Origin: a virus
Lineage: Duplodnaviria > Caudoviricetes
Reading direction: 5' to 3' (one strand)
DNA length: 60,928 bases
Virus record (IMG/VR): IMGVR_UViG_3300025018_000165
Span: 1 to 60,928 of that record
Position 1 is the first letter of the stretch. The number at the start of each line of letters is the position of its first letter. A model generated the notes under the pieces. It searched no databases and was not told the DNA's origin. It worked only from the letters and a program-made list of their open reading frames with translations. This document shows positions 8,642 to 18,766 of the stretch, one piece after another. The position numbers and the translations under genes were made by a program.

Positions 8642-9724
8642 ATGCAATTTTCTGCTCAAGTTACTTCGGTAACTCGAACTTACATTGTCCCTGACCTTTT
8701 CAGTCAAATCAATGTCGGTTCCCCTTTGCTCTTGAGCGTGCTTTCCGAAGCCGCTGAATGGAGCACTGGTACTAAATATGAATTGATTGTCAAAACTGCT
8801 CTCTCTACCAATGGTGGCGTTACCGGAATTGCCGATCAACTCGACAGCTCTCGTCAGACCAACCGCGCAACGATGTCTTTTGAGCCTCGCTCGAACTACA
8901 AGCCGGTTGTGGTTGCGAATATCGAAATGGAGTTAAACAAAGGTGATGAGCGCATTTTGGACTTGGTTCATTCTGAAATGATGAGCCAGGCGGCTGATTT
9001 GTGCGAAAGCCAAGCTGATTTGGTCTTTGCCGGCACAGGTGTTGGCAATGACTGGTCTTCAATCGCTATGGCGGCTGATGACGGAACAAATTATTCCACT
9101 TATGGTGGTCTTTCTCGCACCACTTACTCAGCTTTGGCCGGTTACTACTTGGCCTCGGTCGGTTCATTGACCTTAGCCAAATTGGCGACGGCTTTTGATG
9201 CCGTTGAGGCCGGTACTGATTCTCCGACTGGTATCTTCACCACCAAATCCCTCTGGAGTGTTTATGAAACTCTTTTGACCCCGATTGTCAATGCTAATTA
9301 CACTGCGGTCGGTTCTCAAATGGCTTCCATGACCCCTGATGGAATTGTGATGGGTAAAGAAGCGTTGTCCGGTTCTCAAGGTTTCCGCGCTGTTACTTAT
9401 CGCGGAACTCCGATCATGAAAGACGAACACTGCCCGTCTGGCCGCGTCTTCCTGGTCAACTCGAAGAAAAATGGCAAATTCCGCAACTTCGGTTTTGCGG
9501 CCATCAATCGCTCGGGTAAAGAATTCTCTACTGTTAATTTCAGCAAGAAAGATGGCTCGCCTGTCGGTACTTTCGGTTCTAGCAAAGTGCCGCGTGGTTT
9601 CAACTTCCGCGATATGATGTCGCCGGTTGACCAGCTCGCTCAGGTTGGTTACTTGCTGTTTGACGGTGAATTCATCGCGGCTGAACCTCGTTTGCAGGGT
9701 ATCTTGCTCGGAGTTACGGCCTAG
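8642..9724 (+). CDS. Major capsid protein A
   Basis: 360 aa after scaffold; YGGLSR, YRGTPIMKDEHCPSGRVFLVN and PRLQG HK97-fold-type motifs. Confidence 0.88.
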   Translation: MQFSAQVTSVTRTYIVPDLFSQINVGSPLLLSVLSEAAEWSTGTKYELIVKTALSTNGGVTGIADQLDSSRQTNRATMSFEPRSNYKPVVVANIEMELNKGDERILDLVHSEMMSQAADLCESQADLVFAGTGVGNDWSSIAMAADDGTNYSTYGGLSRTTYSALAGYYLASVGSLTLAKLATAFDAVEAGTDSPTGIFTTKSLWSVYETLLTPIVNANYTAVGSQMASMTPDGIVMGKEALSGSQGFRAVTYRGTPIMKDEHCPSGRVFLVNSKKNGKFRNFGFAAINRSGKEFSTVNFSKKDGSPVGTFGSSKVPRGFNFRDMMSPVDQLAQVGYLLFDGEFIAAEPRLQGILLGVTA

Positions 9725-9816
9725 TTAAAAACTCTTGACGCCGGAGATTCTACTTAAATGAATTTTACGGCAGAGGGCAGCCGCCGCTTAATTTAGGGTC
9801 AGATAACGAATAAAGT

Positions 9817-9891
9817 ATGGAAGAAGAAGTAATTGTTTCTCCAGAGGAAGCTCCCGTTGAGGAAGCCCCTGTGGAAGAAGCTGTCAGTTAA
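9817..9891 (+). CDS. Acidic 24-aa peptide (EEAPV repeats)
   Basis: MEEEVIVSPEEAPVEEAPVEEAVS read manually; AT-rich leader. Confidence 0.35.
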   Translation: MEEEVIVSPEEAPVEEAPVEEAVS

Positions 9892-9953
9892 TAATTCAAT
9901 CGCGTGCTACGCGAAAATTGCGTAAAGGCTGATGCCTAAACGCTGAAAAATAT

Positions 9954-10661
9954 ATGGTTCGTATTTCATTTCAAGACGCACTCCAGACCTCGACTGTTCC
10001 TCAAGCCATTTTAGGCGGTAAATCAAATACCCCTGATGGTTCGACTTGGCAATATGTCAAGTTAAATGAGGCCTGTTCGTTAGGCCATGTGGTGTCCCCG
10101 ATTGCTAATGTCGGTGTTGATACGGTTTCCTCGTCCGCTAACGCGGCTGGCGATGTCGTTTATATCACCGAAGCATCTGCCGGTTGGACGGTTGGTGCTT
10201 ATGCAAACGCTTGGTTGGTGGTTGATGATGGTACTGGCGCAGGCCAAGTTGCCAAAATCAAAACCAACACCACTGATACCTTAGAGCTTTACCCAGAATG
10301 GGCTTTGTCCACTGATTTGTCCGTAGTTGATTCCGACATCACCATTTCCTTGGTGAATACCTTGTCGGAAAAAGTGCCGATTACGGTTAAGACCACTCTT
10401 TGTAACGGTGCGGCTCAAGTTGCTTTTGCTCAATATGACTATGGTTGGGTGCTTGCCAAAGGCCCTGGCATTGCCATTTCGGGTACGATCGCTATGACTG
10501 CCTTAAAATCCTTTACTCCTGGTGATGACACCGAAGGTGAAGTGATTATCGCTACTACTGCTGAAGGTGATTTTAATGCCTTTACGCTTGGTTACTCCTT
10601 AGCGGCTAATACGACCGCTGACAAGGGTTTCCTTGCCATGATGGGCATTCAGACCGCCTAA
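9954..10661 (+). CDS. Capsid decoration / minor head protein A
   Basis: Follows MCP; WQYVK and YGWV..KG motifs, A/T/G-rich. Confidence 0.6.
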   Translation: MVRISFQDALQTSTVPQAILGGKSNTPDGSTWQYVKLNEACSLGHVVSPIANVGVDTVSSSANAAGDVVYITEASAGWTVGAYANAWLVVDDGTGAGQVAKIKTNTTDTLELYPEWALSTDLSVVDSDITISLVNTLSEKVPITVKTTLCNGAAQVAFAQYDYGWVLAKGPGIAISGTIAMTALKSFTPGDDTEGEVIIATTAEGDFNAFTLGYSLAANTTADKGFLAMMGIQTA

Positions 10662-10755
10662 TTGGTGTATCGGTTGTGTCCCTCTTTATGGGGGACACTA
10701 TCCGGCATATCAGCCGTCAAGGGGTACTCTAAATCCTCTTGAAACTAACAATTAT

Positions 10756-11238
10756 ATGGGTATGGACTTAGGCCGTATCTCGTCCTTTACTAACATAACG
10801 CGTGAAGATTTTACGCACAGCTATCACGGGCAACCGTTCACGATTAAGGCTGGAGAAACTTTACTGTTTCCCCACGACCTAACGCGACACTTGGCAAAAC
10901 ATTTGGCTCGTAAAATTCTTATTTCGGACGCTAAACCTGAACAGTTGCGGAATGATCGAGCTTTGTTCACCATTGAAACAGAAAGTGAGTTAGTTACATT
11001 GATTGTTGGGTCTGAAAGCCGTCGGGAAGTGCCTCAGGTATTATCTGAACCTGAATTGTTGCGCCAGAGGGTTTCGGAATTAAATAATTTGAAACCTGAA
11101 GGGGCGGCTCCGGCCGGACGAACCAAAGCTGATGTCATTGCCGAAATGGAAGCATTGAATTTGCCGATTGATAAACGCAATTCAATGGCAAAACTGGAAG
11201 AACAGTTAGCTGAATATAAGAGTAAAGTCACTGAATAA
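10756..11238 (+). CDS. Hypothetical protein with C-terminal HeH/Rho-N-like helix pair
   Basis: TKADVIAEMEALNLPIDKRNSMAKLEEQL. Confidence 0.6.
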   Translation: MGMDLGRISSFTNITREDFTHSYHGQPFTIKAGETLLFPHDLTRHLAKHLARKILISDAKPEQLRNDRALFTIETESELVTLIVGSESRREVPQVLSEPELLRQRVSELNNLKPEGAAPAGRTKADVIAEMEALNLPIDKRNSMAKLEEQLAEYKSKVTE

Positions 11239-11239
11239 T

Positions 11240-11752
11240 ATGTCTGATGTCCAAATTCACGCCTTAGAGGAAATTAAAGCCAAAACTTCACTTGAAGTGG
11301 CAAATCTTAGGCGTGAATTGGAGGCATTAGAGAATGATAAGGAGAAGTTTATCAAGGAAAGAGAAACGGAAGTGATGGCGATGGTAGCGAAGGTTTTGGG
11401 AACTTCTCAATCCTTGTTGGATGAGGCATTGCTATCAGCCAATTCGGTGGAACGGTACGATAAAGTTTTGAAAACATCTATTGCTTCGATAAAAGAGGCA
11501 CGCGTTAATTTAGAAAATTGGAATAAAGAAGAAAGAAAACTGCTCGACGAGCTTTTGTCCGCTTCCCAAGTAAAAATTGATGAACTCAGCAAGAAAAAAG
11601 AGGAGTTGTCCCGCGAAAGAGAACAGTTGGAATTGACAATAATCGAAAATCGACTGACCGGCGAAAACTGCAAAGCTGAATTTATCAAATCTCGTGAAGA
11701 ACGCAGAAAGTTAATGAAAAACCTTGAATATGTCAGACAACAATCGAGTTAG
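11240..11752 (+). CDS. Coiled-coil hypothetical protein
   Basis: Heptad-rich E/K/L sequence, in operon. Confidence 0.65.
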   Translation: MSDVQIHALEEIKAKTSLEVANLRRELEALENDKEKFIKERETEVMAMVAKVLGTSQSLLDEALLSANSVERYDKVLKTSIASIKEARVNLENWNKEERKLLDELLSASQVKIDELSKKKEELSREREQLELTIIENRLTGENCKAEFIKSREERRKLMKNLEYVRQQSS

Positions 11753-11981
11753 GACAATAATGGGTGTTGATACCAGCGGTGATATGTACGCGGCCAAAGT
11801 GGACGGCGTGACCGGACGGCTGTTGATGAATTTTTCAGCTAGCTCTGGTGCAACTCCTCTAGCTAATACGGTTGCCAAACGGGATTCAAATCGGGTAACG
11901 GCCTCGCTTTGCGTGGATTCCGGAGGGACTATTCAAGGAATTTTACTTGATTCAAATAGATATATTTTTGTAAGCGGATAA
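11730..11981 (+). CDS. Small virion-associated protein
   Basis: Two DxNRV motifs shared with the N-terminus of the next gene. Confidence 0.55.
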   Translation: MSDNNRVRTIMGVDTSGDMYAAKVDGVTGRLLMNFSASSGATPLANTVAKRDSNRVTASLCVDSGGTIQGILLDSNRYIFVSG

Positions 11982-11985
11982 TTAT

Positions 11986-13857
11986 ATGGCAGACGCATCT
12001 CGGGATCAAAATCGGGTAACTACCCTTCTGGGTATCAATGATGTTACCGGTTTACCACAACCTATTTATGTTAATTCATCCGGTGAGATTTTAGTTTCGA
12101 TGACCGGTTCAGGAGCTGGAGATGTCGTCGGACCGGCTTCTTCGACTGATAACGCCATTGCTCGCTATGATGGCACTGGAGGGAAAACACTGCTATCAAG
12201 CAGTGTTATTATTGATGATTTGGACAATGTTACCGGCATGACGACCCTGACTTTACCGAATACCGGTTTGCACATTTTAGATACTAACGCAAGCCACGAT
12301 TTAATCATTGCGGCCGGAAGTGATTTGACTGCCGACAGGACTTTGACCTTTACAACCGGTGATGCCAACCGGACGGTTACTCTCGCCGGTGATTTTTCTA
12401 CTGCCGGTGGTCATGCCCTTATCTTGACTACTTCTGGGGCGACTAATGTCACTTTACCGACTACCGGAACTTTGATTACAGACGCGGTAACTACTTTGTC
12501 GTCTTTGATTTCCGTTGGGACAATCACTACCGGGACTTGGAACGCAACAGATATTCCGGTTTCTGCCGGAGGCACTGGTTTATCAACGATTACTGCCCTT
12601 TCAATTTGGGTCGCCAATGTCGCTAATACGATTACCGAAATTACTCCAGGGGCCGGAAATTCAATCCGTATAAACGGGGCCGGTAACGCATGGGAAGCGT
12701 TTACTCCATCATCTTCGGTTCCAACTACTATTACAGTAGCTAACGAGGCTATTGATACGACTTGTTTTGTCGGGTTCTTCACTGCCGCGACAGGCGATCT
12801 CGGGCCTAAAAGCAATGCCGGTTTAACTTTCAATTCCTCGACAGCAGTTTTGACGGCAACTGGTTTTGCTGGTCCTTTGACGGGCAATGTTACCGGTGAT
12901 GTTTCAGGAAACGCAGGGACAGCAACGGCTTTGGCGATAGCACGAACTATCGGTGGGGTTTCTTTTGACGGGACAGCAAATATCGTTCCGACTACCATAG
13001 CCGTAACGGATGAATCAGTCGATACGACTTGTTTCATTGCTTTCTTTACTGCCGCGATCGGTGACCTTCTGCCGAAAACAGCCGGTGGTCTTACTTTCAA
13101 CTCTGCAACCGATGTCCTAACAGCCGCCGGTTTTGCCGGTCCATTAACCGGTAATGTCACCGGTGATGTTTCTGGAAATGCTGGAACAGTGACCGGTTTC
13201 ACTCCGGCCAGTGGAACATTGACCCTTGCTGGGGCTTATGCCCTTACTTTGACTACTTCCGCCGATACTAATGTCACCTTGCCGACTACAGGGACACTGG
13301 CGACCCTGGCTGGAATTGAAGAATTGGACAATAAGACTTTGGATAGCTCAGTCGGTAAAGGGACTTGGACGGCTTCTGGGGTTTGGACGCTTCCGGCAAT
13401 TACCTTAGGAGGCGACGCGACACTTTCGGAAAATGTCTCTGTTGTTCTCGATGCGGCTCTATCAGTCGATGGGAAGTATTGCGGTATTACGGAAGACGGA
13501 ACGGCTGGTGCGGCTTTGGCCTTCGGCGACTTGGTCTATCTGGCCGTTGCCGATAGTCGTTGGGAATTGACCGACGCTAACGCGGCCGCAACTTCGGTAG
13601 GTAAAATTGGAATTTGTGTTTTGGCCGCCGTCGGTGATGGTAGTGCTACCAAAGTGCTGTTATATGGCAAAGTCAGGGCGGACGCGAAGTTTCCGGTTTT
13701 GACCATTGGTGCGCCGGTCTATATGAGTGAAACGGCAGGCGCAGTCGTGGTCACACAACCGATAACCGCCGATGCCATTATTCGCATCGTCGGCTTTGCC
13801 AATACCGCCGACGAACTTCATTTCAATCCTTCTAACGACTATATTACTCACGCTTAA
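11986..13857 (+). CDS. Fibre-like virion protein A
   Basis: T/G/A-rich; GDVVGPASSTDNAIARYDG motif; internal ~68-aa duplication; C-terminal AGAALAFGDLVYL domain. Confidence 0.75.
   Translation: MADASRDQNRVTTLLGINDVTGLPQPIYVNSSGEILVSMTGSGAGDVVGPASSTDNAIARYDGTGGKTLLSSSVIIDDLDNVTGMTTLTLPNTGLHILDTNASHDLIIAAGSDLTADRTLTFTTGDANRTVTLAGDFSTAGGHALILTTSGATNVTLPTTGTLITDAVTTLSSLISVGTITTGTWNATDIPVSAGGTGLSTITALSIWVANVANTITEITPGAGNSIRINGAGNAWEAFTPSSSVPTTITVANEAIDTTCFVGFFTAATGDLGPKSNAGLTFNSSTAVLTATGFAGPLTGNVTGDVSGNAGTATALAIARTIGGVSFDGTANIVPTTIAVTDESVDTTCFIAFFTAAIGDLLPKTAGGLTFNSATDVLTAAGFAGPLTGNVTGDVSGNAGTVTGFTPASGTLTLAGAYALTLTTSADTNVTLPTTGTLATLAGIEELDNKTLDSSVGKGTWTASGVWTLPAITLGGDATLSENVSVVLDAALSVDGKYCGITEDGTAGAALAFGDLVYLAVADSRWELTDANAAATSVGKIGICVLAAVGDGSATKVLLYGKVRADAKFPVLTIGAPVYMSETAGAVVVTQPITADAIIRIVGFANTADELHFNPSNDYITHA
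12718..13188 (+). repeat. Intragenic duplication (~12718-12921 and ~12985-13188)
   Basis: VPTTI.V..E..DTTCF..FFTAA.GDL.PK...GLTFNS...GFAGPLTGNVTGDVSGNAGT occurs twice. Confidence 0.85.
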
Positions 13858-13858
13858 T

Positions 13859-14527
13859 ATGACGAAAGGCAAGAAAATACTTATCGGAATGCCAAATGGT
13901 AGCGGTCAAGTGCCAGTCGAGATGGTTCAGTCTTTACTGCAACTGCATAAACCGTTCCCTTGTGCTTTCTTGCCTGTTGTTCGTCAAAGGGTTGATAAAT
14001 GCCGAAATGGAATTGCGATGGAAGCGTTAAAGGGCGGATTTGATTATGTCTTTATGGTTGATGACGATAATCCTGTTCCGCCTGAAACACTTGCCCAATT
14101 CATTGAGGACGATAAGGACATAGTGATTGCCCCGATTTTAGCCAGAAACCCCGATCCCGATGGAAACTACTCGCTTTGCGCCTTCTACTCGGAGAAGAAA
14201 AAAATCAAAAAGAATTATCTTAGAATTTATAAGAACATTGTTTCCTTCAAAGACGAAGGGCCTTTGCACAAAATTGATGCAGGTGGAACCGGCTGTATGC
14301 TGATTAAACGGAAGGTGTTGGAGGCGATGAATAAAAAACATCAGGACTTAATGTTCGAGTTTGGCGATGTCACTGTTGACGGCCAACGGCGGACAATGAG
14401 CGAGGACGCTGAGTTTTGCGAGCGAGCCGTTGATCTCGGCTTTGAAATTTGGTTGGACGAACGCATTAAGCCAATTCACTTCACGCAAATGAAGGCGATT
14501 AAATGGAATCCGTATGGCAACCTATGA
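13859..14527 (+). CDS. Glycosyltransferase, GT-A / family 2-like
   Basis: RN...A...FDYVFMVDDD (DxD), GTGCMLIKRKV and SEDAEFC motifs. Confidence 0.85.
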   Translation: MTKGKKILIGMPNGSGQVPVEMVQSLLQLHKPFPCAFLPVVRQRVDKCRNGIAMEALKGGFDYVFMVDDDNPVPPETLAQFIEDDKDIVIAPILARNPDPDGNYSLCAFYSEKKKIKKNYLRIYKNIVSFKDEGPLHKIDAGGTGCMLIKRKVLEAMNKKHQDLMFEFGDVTVDGQRRTMSEDAEFCERAVDLGFEIWLDERIKPIHFTQMKAIKWNPYGNL

Positions 14528-15743
14528 TGTAACAACTGCCGCCACTAGCTTGGAGTTTGATACCGTTAATGGATCTTACAATTCATCGGTCAATATTGAC
14601 ACCAATCATTTTGTTAACTCATTTATTGGGGCAACTGCAAATAATTCTGTTTTACAAGTTTTTGCAGTGAATACTTCGACTTGGGCGGTTACTACTGTTG
14701 GAACAGCTTTAGTCGGTATTCAGACGACAAATAGTTTGAAATTAGGTCTTGCACAAATTGATTCAAATCATTTTATTTCAAATTGGTGTAATACTAACAG
14801 TGCAAGAGCGCAGGTCTTTGAAGTAAATACAACCACTTGGGCAGTTACTACATCAAATTCATCTTTTGTTTATGATACGACAGCTGTTACCCATGAACCA
14901 GAGGTAAATGCAATAGTTGGAGTTGATGCCAACCATTTTTTGAGTATGTTCGGTGGCGGTCCTAGCTCAGAGCTCGATGTGATTATTCTTGCAGTCAACA
15001 CTTCAACTTGGGCAGTCACTACTTCAGGTTCATTGTTGACTATTGAAACTGACCTAAATTCTCCACATAGTTCCTGTGTTCAAATTGATAACAATCATGT
15101 GCTTGCCATTTGGGCTAAGTCAGGGATAGGTTTGCAAACGCAAGTTATGGTTGTTAATACTTCAACTTGGGCGATTTCTACTGCACAGGCAAAATTTCAA
15201 ATTGGAGTGGTAGGTTCCGGTGATGGTGGTAATTCAGTTGAAATGATTGATTCAAATCATGCTGTAATATTTCATCAAGGAGTTGATGATGATGGTTTTG
15301 CACAAGTCGTTACGATAAATACATCAACTTGGGCGATTTCTACTGCTTCAAGTGCATTAGAATTTGATACCGTCCTTGGATATAGACATTCTTGTCAGCA
15401 AATAGACGATAATCATTTTATAAATTTCTTCTCTGGAAATAGTTTCTACGGGTATGTTCAGGTTTTCACAATAGATACTTCAACTTGGGCTATTACAACA
15501 ACAACTGCTTCCCTTGAGTTTGATACTACTCAAGCTACAGATTTAAGCTCAGTAAAAATAGATGCAGGACATTATGTATGTTTCTGGACTGATGTTAATT
15601 CTGACGGTTTCGTCCAGACCTTTACAGTTGAATTAGGCGCAACTTCATCGATCAAGAATTTCAATGGTCTAGCTTATGCCTCGACCAAAACGGTAAATGG
15701 TTTGGCAATAGCCAGTGTTAAGAATAAAAACGGTTTGGCTTAA
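14514..15743 (+). CDS. Repeat (beta-propeller-like) virion protein
   Basis: About seven ~52-aa repeats with IDxNH and NTSTWA(V/I)(T/S)T; C-terminal triple KxxNGLA. Confidence 0.7.
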   Translation: MATYDVTTAATSLEFDTVNGSYNSSVNIDTNHFVNSFIGATANNSVLQVFAVNTSTWAVTTVGTALVGIQTTNSLKLGLAQIDSNHFISNWCNTNSARAQVFEVNTTTWAVTTSNSSFVYDTTAVTHEPEVNAIVGVDANHFLSMFGGGPSSELDVIILAVNTSTWAVTTSGSLLTIETDLNSPHSSCVQIDNNHVLAIWAKSGIGLQTQVMVVNTSTWAISTAQAKFQIGVVGSGDGGNSVEMIDSNHAVIFHQGVDDDGFAQVVTINTSTWAISTASSALEFDTVLGYRHSCQQIDDNHFINFFSGNSFYGYVQVFTIDTSTWAITTTTASLEFDTTQATDLSSVKIDAGHYVCFWTDVNSDGFVQTFTVELGATSSIKNFNGLAYASTKTVNGLAIASVKNKNGLA

Positions 15744-15744
15744 T

Positions 15745-16203
15745 ATGGCAGAAAACAAAAACAATCCGATGAGACCGTTAGTCTCCTATCAAGATATTCT
15801 TAGAAAAGGCGGTTTTGCTATTACCGCCAATTTGCCAGGTGATTTGCCAGCCACAGCAACAAATTACGAAGTGTTTTTTACCGCTCAACGACCAGTGGAA
15901 ATTATGGAAGTCTCGGAAACTCATAGAGTAAAAGGGACTAACGCTGGGGCAGTAACCTTAAACTTGGAAATTCTTGATAGTGCCGAGGCATTAGATTCCG
16001 GTGATGCGGTCTTGACTACGGCTTTTGATTTGAAATCAGCCAATGATACTCCAGTATCCAAATCAGATTATGAGTTATCAAGTTTTCGGGTTCTAAAACC
16101 TGGTCAAAGACTGGCATTGAAGGATAGCGGAACATTGACCGATTTAGCCGGTCTTTCAGTAACGGTTTATCTCAAATTCGCTAATCGCGGTGACTTTTTC
16201 TAA
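15745..16203 (+). CDS. Putative virion protein
   Basis: Beta-rich ORF within the structural operon. Confidence 0.6.
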   Translation: MAENKNNPMRPLVSYQDILRKGGFAITANLPGDLPATATNYEVFFTAQRPVEIMEVSETHRVKGTNAGAVTLNLEILDSAEALDSGDAVLTTAFDLKSANDTPVSKSDYELSSFRVLKPGQRLALKDSGTLTDLAGLSVTVYLKFANRGDFF

Positions 16204-16204
16204 T

Positions 16205-17854
16205 ATGCCTAGCATTTCCGGCAACAAAATAATTTTCGACCAAAATGATTGGTTGGCTACAATGCACAGTCGATATAATTCGGGTGCTGTCGATACTCCG
16301 CTTTTAGCCGGTGGCAAATTGTCTTATGCCTTAGGATTCCATCCCTATCGCGCTTTTGGTATTGCTTCCCCTGGATTTTTACCGACTCCCGTTACCAATG
16401 CTTCGGTGGTTTCAAATTCCGCGATGCAGAAAATTATCATGGCCGCCGAGACTTCGACTTATTATGCTTACGGCATTGATTCCGGCGCGTCATTATTTCA
16501 AATTGCCACTACTGGGACTATTACTTCGGGCGGCGCTTGGCCGCATACTATTTCCTCGGCTTCGGGGACAGAAGAAGGTTCGAGCCTTATCGCCTATTCG
16601 GCGAAAATTGGCGGAACTCGCGCTCAAAGGGTTTTTTATTCTTACAGTGCTTCATTGGCTACGGCTACCGACCCCCAATGGAATGTCGGTGTCTATTCGC
16701 TTGACGGTTCGACTTTTGACGATGATTTTATGACTACCGCTCCGGCCACGCCTCTGGTTTCGACCGTCGCTGGCGGTGGTGTTGCTTACCGTCCACACCC
16801 GATGATTGTCGGGGACGATGATATTCTTTACATTGGCGATGGCAATAAAGTGCATGGTTACGACGGGGCAAGTTCAGCCGATAATGATGGGAAATTTATT
16901 GATTCGGTTTTGACCCTTCCGGCCGGATTTATGATAACCAGTTTTGCCAAGTATCAGAAAAACTTATGTATTGTCGGTTATTTCGATTTACGAACACCAG
17001 TCGCCAATTCATCGGTTGCTATTGATTCCTATTATCGGACAGAAGCCAGAGCGTATTTCTGGGATTATTTATCGCTCGATCCGTGGGATTCCAAATCGCT
17101 AAATGACAATTATGCCAATGGAGCGTTTGAATACCGTGGAACTATCGGTTGCTTTTCCCAGGGAAGGATAATGGTGCCGACAACTCCGCAAGTTTCTAAA
17201 ATGTTGATTTTTGATGGCAGTGAGTTTGTTCCGGTGGCTACTTTTGATACCAATATCCCGACTGAGGGCGGTGTTGAGGTTTTGGGCGATACGATTTCTT
17301 TCGTATCACAAGGTAATATTTATATGTACGGTTCGCCGTATCCGAAAGATGCACCGACCGGCTTGAATAGGGTCGGTAAGGGAAACGGAATCGGAACAGG
17401 CGGTATTTGTACCTTAAGCTCATCAATTCAGGTTGTAAGTACCGGAACGACTACTTCCGGTGGTTTGGATACCGTCAATACCGGTTATTGCGCGGCGTTA
17501 CTTTGCACTGGGTCAGTTTCACCGGTTTTCGATGAGGGAAAAATGGGAGTAGTCAAAAGCGTCAAGGTTTATTATGCCTCGACCAATAGTGCCATCAACT
17601 CAAGATACTTCGACTTGTACCTAGTTTCAAATAAGAATGCCCAAACTCAAATTATTTCTCAAGCCGCCGCCATTACGGCTTCAACTCAAGTTGCGACCAT
17701 TTATGAAACTATTGCCGGAGCGTCTTTACCTACCTTCACCAACTTGGCAATCGCTATGCAATGGCAACAAGGCGTTGGTGGGACTAACGCGCCAAGAGTT
17801 GAAAGGGTTGAAGTAACCTTTGAATCAATCGGAATTAACGAAACCGGACCATAA
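16205..17854 (+). CDS. Tail protein A (nozzle / stabilisation-like)
   Basis: 549 aa, beta-rich, next to adaptor and ejection genes. Confidence 0.55.
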   Translation: MPSISGNKIIFDQNDWLATMHSRYNSGAVDTPLLAGGKLSYALGFHPYRAFGIASPGFLPTPVTNASVVSNSAMQKIIMAAETSTYYAYGIDSGASLFQIATTGTITSGGAWPHTISSASGTEEGSSLIAYSAKIGGTRAQRVFYSYSASLATATDPQWNVGVYSLDGSTFDDDFMTTAPATPLVSTVAGGGVAYRPHPMIVGDDDILYIGDGNKVHGYDGASSADNDGKFIDSVLTLPAGFMITSFAKYQKNLCIVGYFDLRTPVANSSVAIDSYYRTEARAYFWDYLSLDPWDSKSLNDNYANGAFEYRGTIGCFSQGRIMVPTTPQVSKMLIFDGSEFVPVATFDTNIPTEGGVEVLGDTISFVSQGNIYMYGSPYPKDAPTGLNRVGKGNGIGTGGICTLSSSIQVVSTGTTTSGGLDTVNTGYCAALLCTGSVSPVFDEGKMGVVKSVKVYYASTNSAINSRYFDLYLVSNKNAQTQIISQAAAITASTQVATIYETIAGASLPTFTNLAIAMQWQQGVGGTNAPRVERVEVTFESIGINETGP

Positions 17855-17859
17855 AATAT

Positions 17860-18762
17860 ATGCTAACTTATACATCCTCCAGAAATTTATTCGGTTCATT
17901 GACCAATAACACCACCACCACCAACCTGACTTTTGGTGATAGTTTAATAAACACCTCGATAAAATATTATTGTGCTTTGAATGGCGGCAAATGGTGGTTT
18001 TTGGAGAAACTAACGACGCAGGATACCGTGGCTTCTCAACAGGCCTATGTTCTGCCACAAAGCACTAGAAAAATCATTGACCTGTATGTAACGGTCGGAT
18101 CTACGGTTTACAGCCCAGTCGGAATTGAAGACCCAGCTCTCTGGAAACGGATTTTGCAAAGCAACTTGGGAACTGGAGACAGGACCTTGTTCTATTACCG
18201 ACAAGGCAATCAAGTCTTACTCGCTCCGACCCCAGCTTCGGCCAGCAATACAATTACCATTCGGGTTCGTAAGAATGTAAAGGATTTATCGGTGGCTGAT
18301 TATACGACCGGAACTATTACCGCTACCAACGGAGACGAAACCATTGTCGGGGCTGGTACGACTTTTACTGTTGCGATGGAAGAAAGATTTTTGCGAGCGA
18401 CTACGGGCGATATGGAGTGGTATGAAATTGAGGATTTTACGGACACTACTCATTTGGAATTAGTGCAGAAATATGAGGGGACAACTGTGGCCGGCAGTGC
18501 GTTCATAATCGGTCAGGTATCTCCTTTACCGGAAACCTACCAAGAATTGCCGATCCTGCGTGCCGTGGCCTTATATTGGAAGAAAGAAGGAGACACGAAT
18601 CGCGCTCGACTTTTCGATGAACAGGCGGCTATTCTTTTTGACGCTATGAAACAGGAAGCTGATGAAAAGATTGAGGGGGCTTACTTACCGCCCATTGGTT
18701 CAATGATTTTCCGGGATCCAAACTTACCTGAACCTGATACCTCAACTTCTAACTTTACTTAA
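17860..18762 (+). CDS. Head-tail adaptor-like protein A
   Basis: WWFLE...TVASQQAYVLP, LAPTP and LPETYQEL motifs typical of podoviral adaptors. Confidence 0.65.
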   Translation: MLTYTSSRNLFGSLTNNTTTTNLTFGDSLINTSIKYYCALNGGKWWFLEKLTTQDTVASQQAYVLPQSTRKIIDLYVTVGSTVYSPVGIEDPALWKRILQSNLGTGDRTLFYYRQGNQVLLAPTPASASNTITIRVRKNVKDLSVADYTTGTITATNGDETIVGAGTTFTVAMEERFLRATTGDMEWYEIEDFTDTTHLELVQKYEGTTVAGSAFIIGQVSPLPETYQELPILRAVALYWKKEGDTNRARLFDEQAAILFDAMKQEADEKIEGAYLPPIGSMIFRDPNLPEPDTSTSNFT

Positions 18763-18766
18763 TTAT

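Noticed and set aside
12718-13188. Diversity-generating retroelement TR/VR pair
   Set aside because: In-frame intragenic duplication, differences not adenine-specific, no reverse transcriptase seen
12411-13202. 263-aa minus-strand ORF and similar antisense ORFs in the track
   Set aside because: Shadows of codon-biased plus-strand structural genes with no independent motifs
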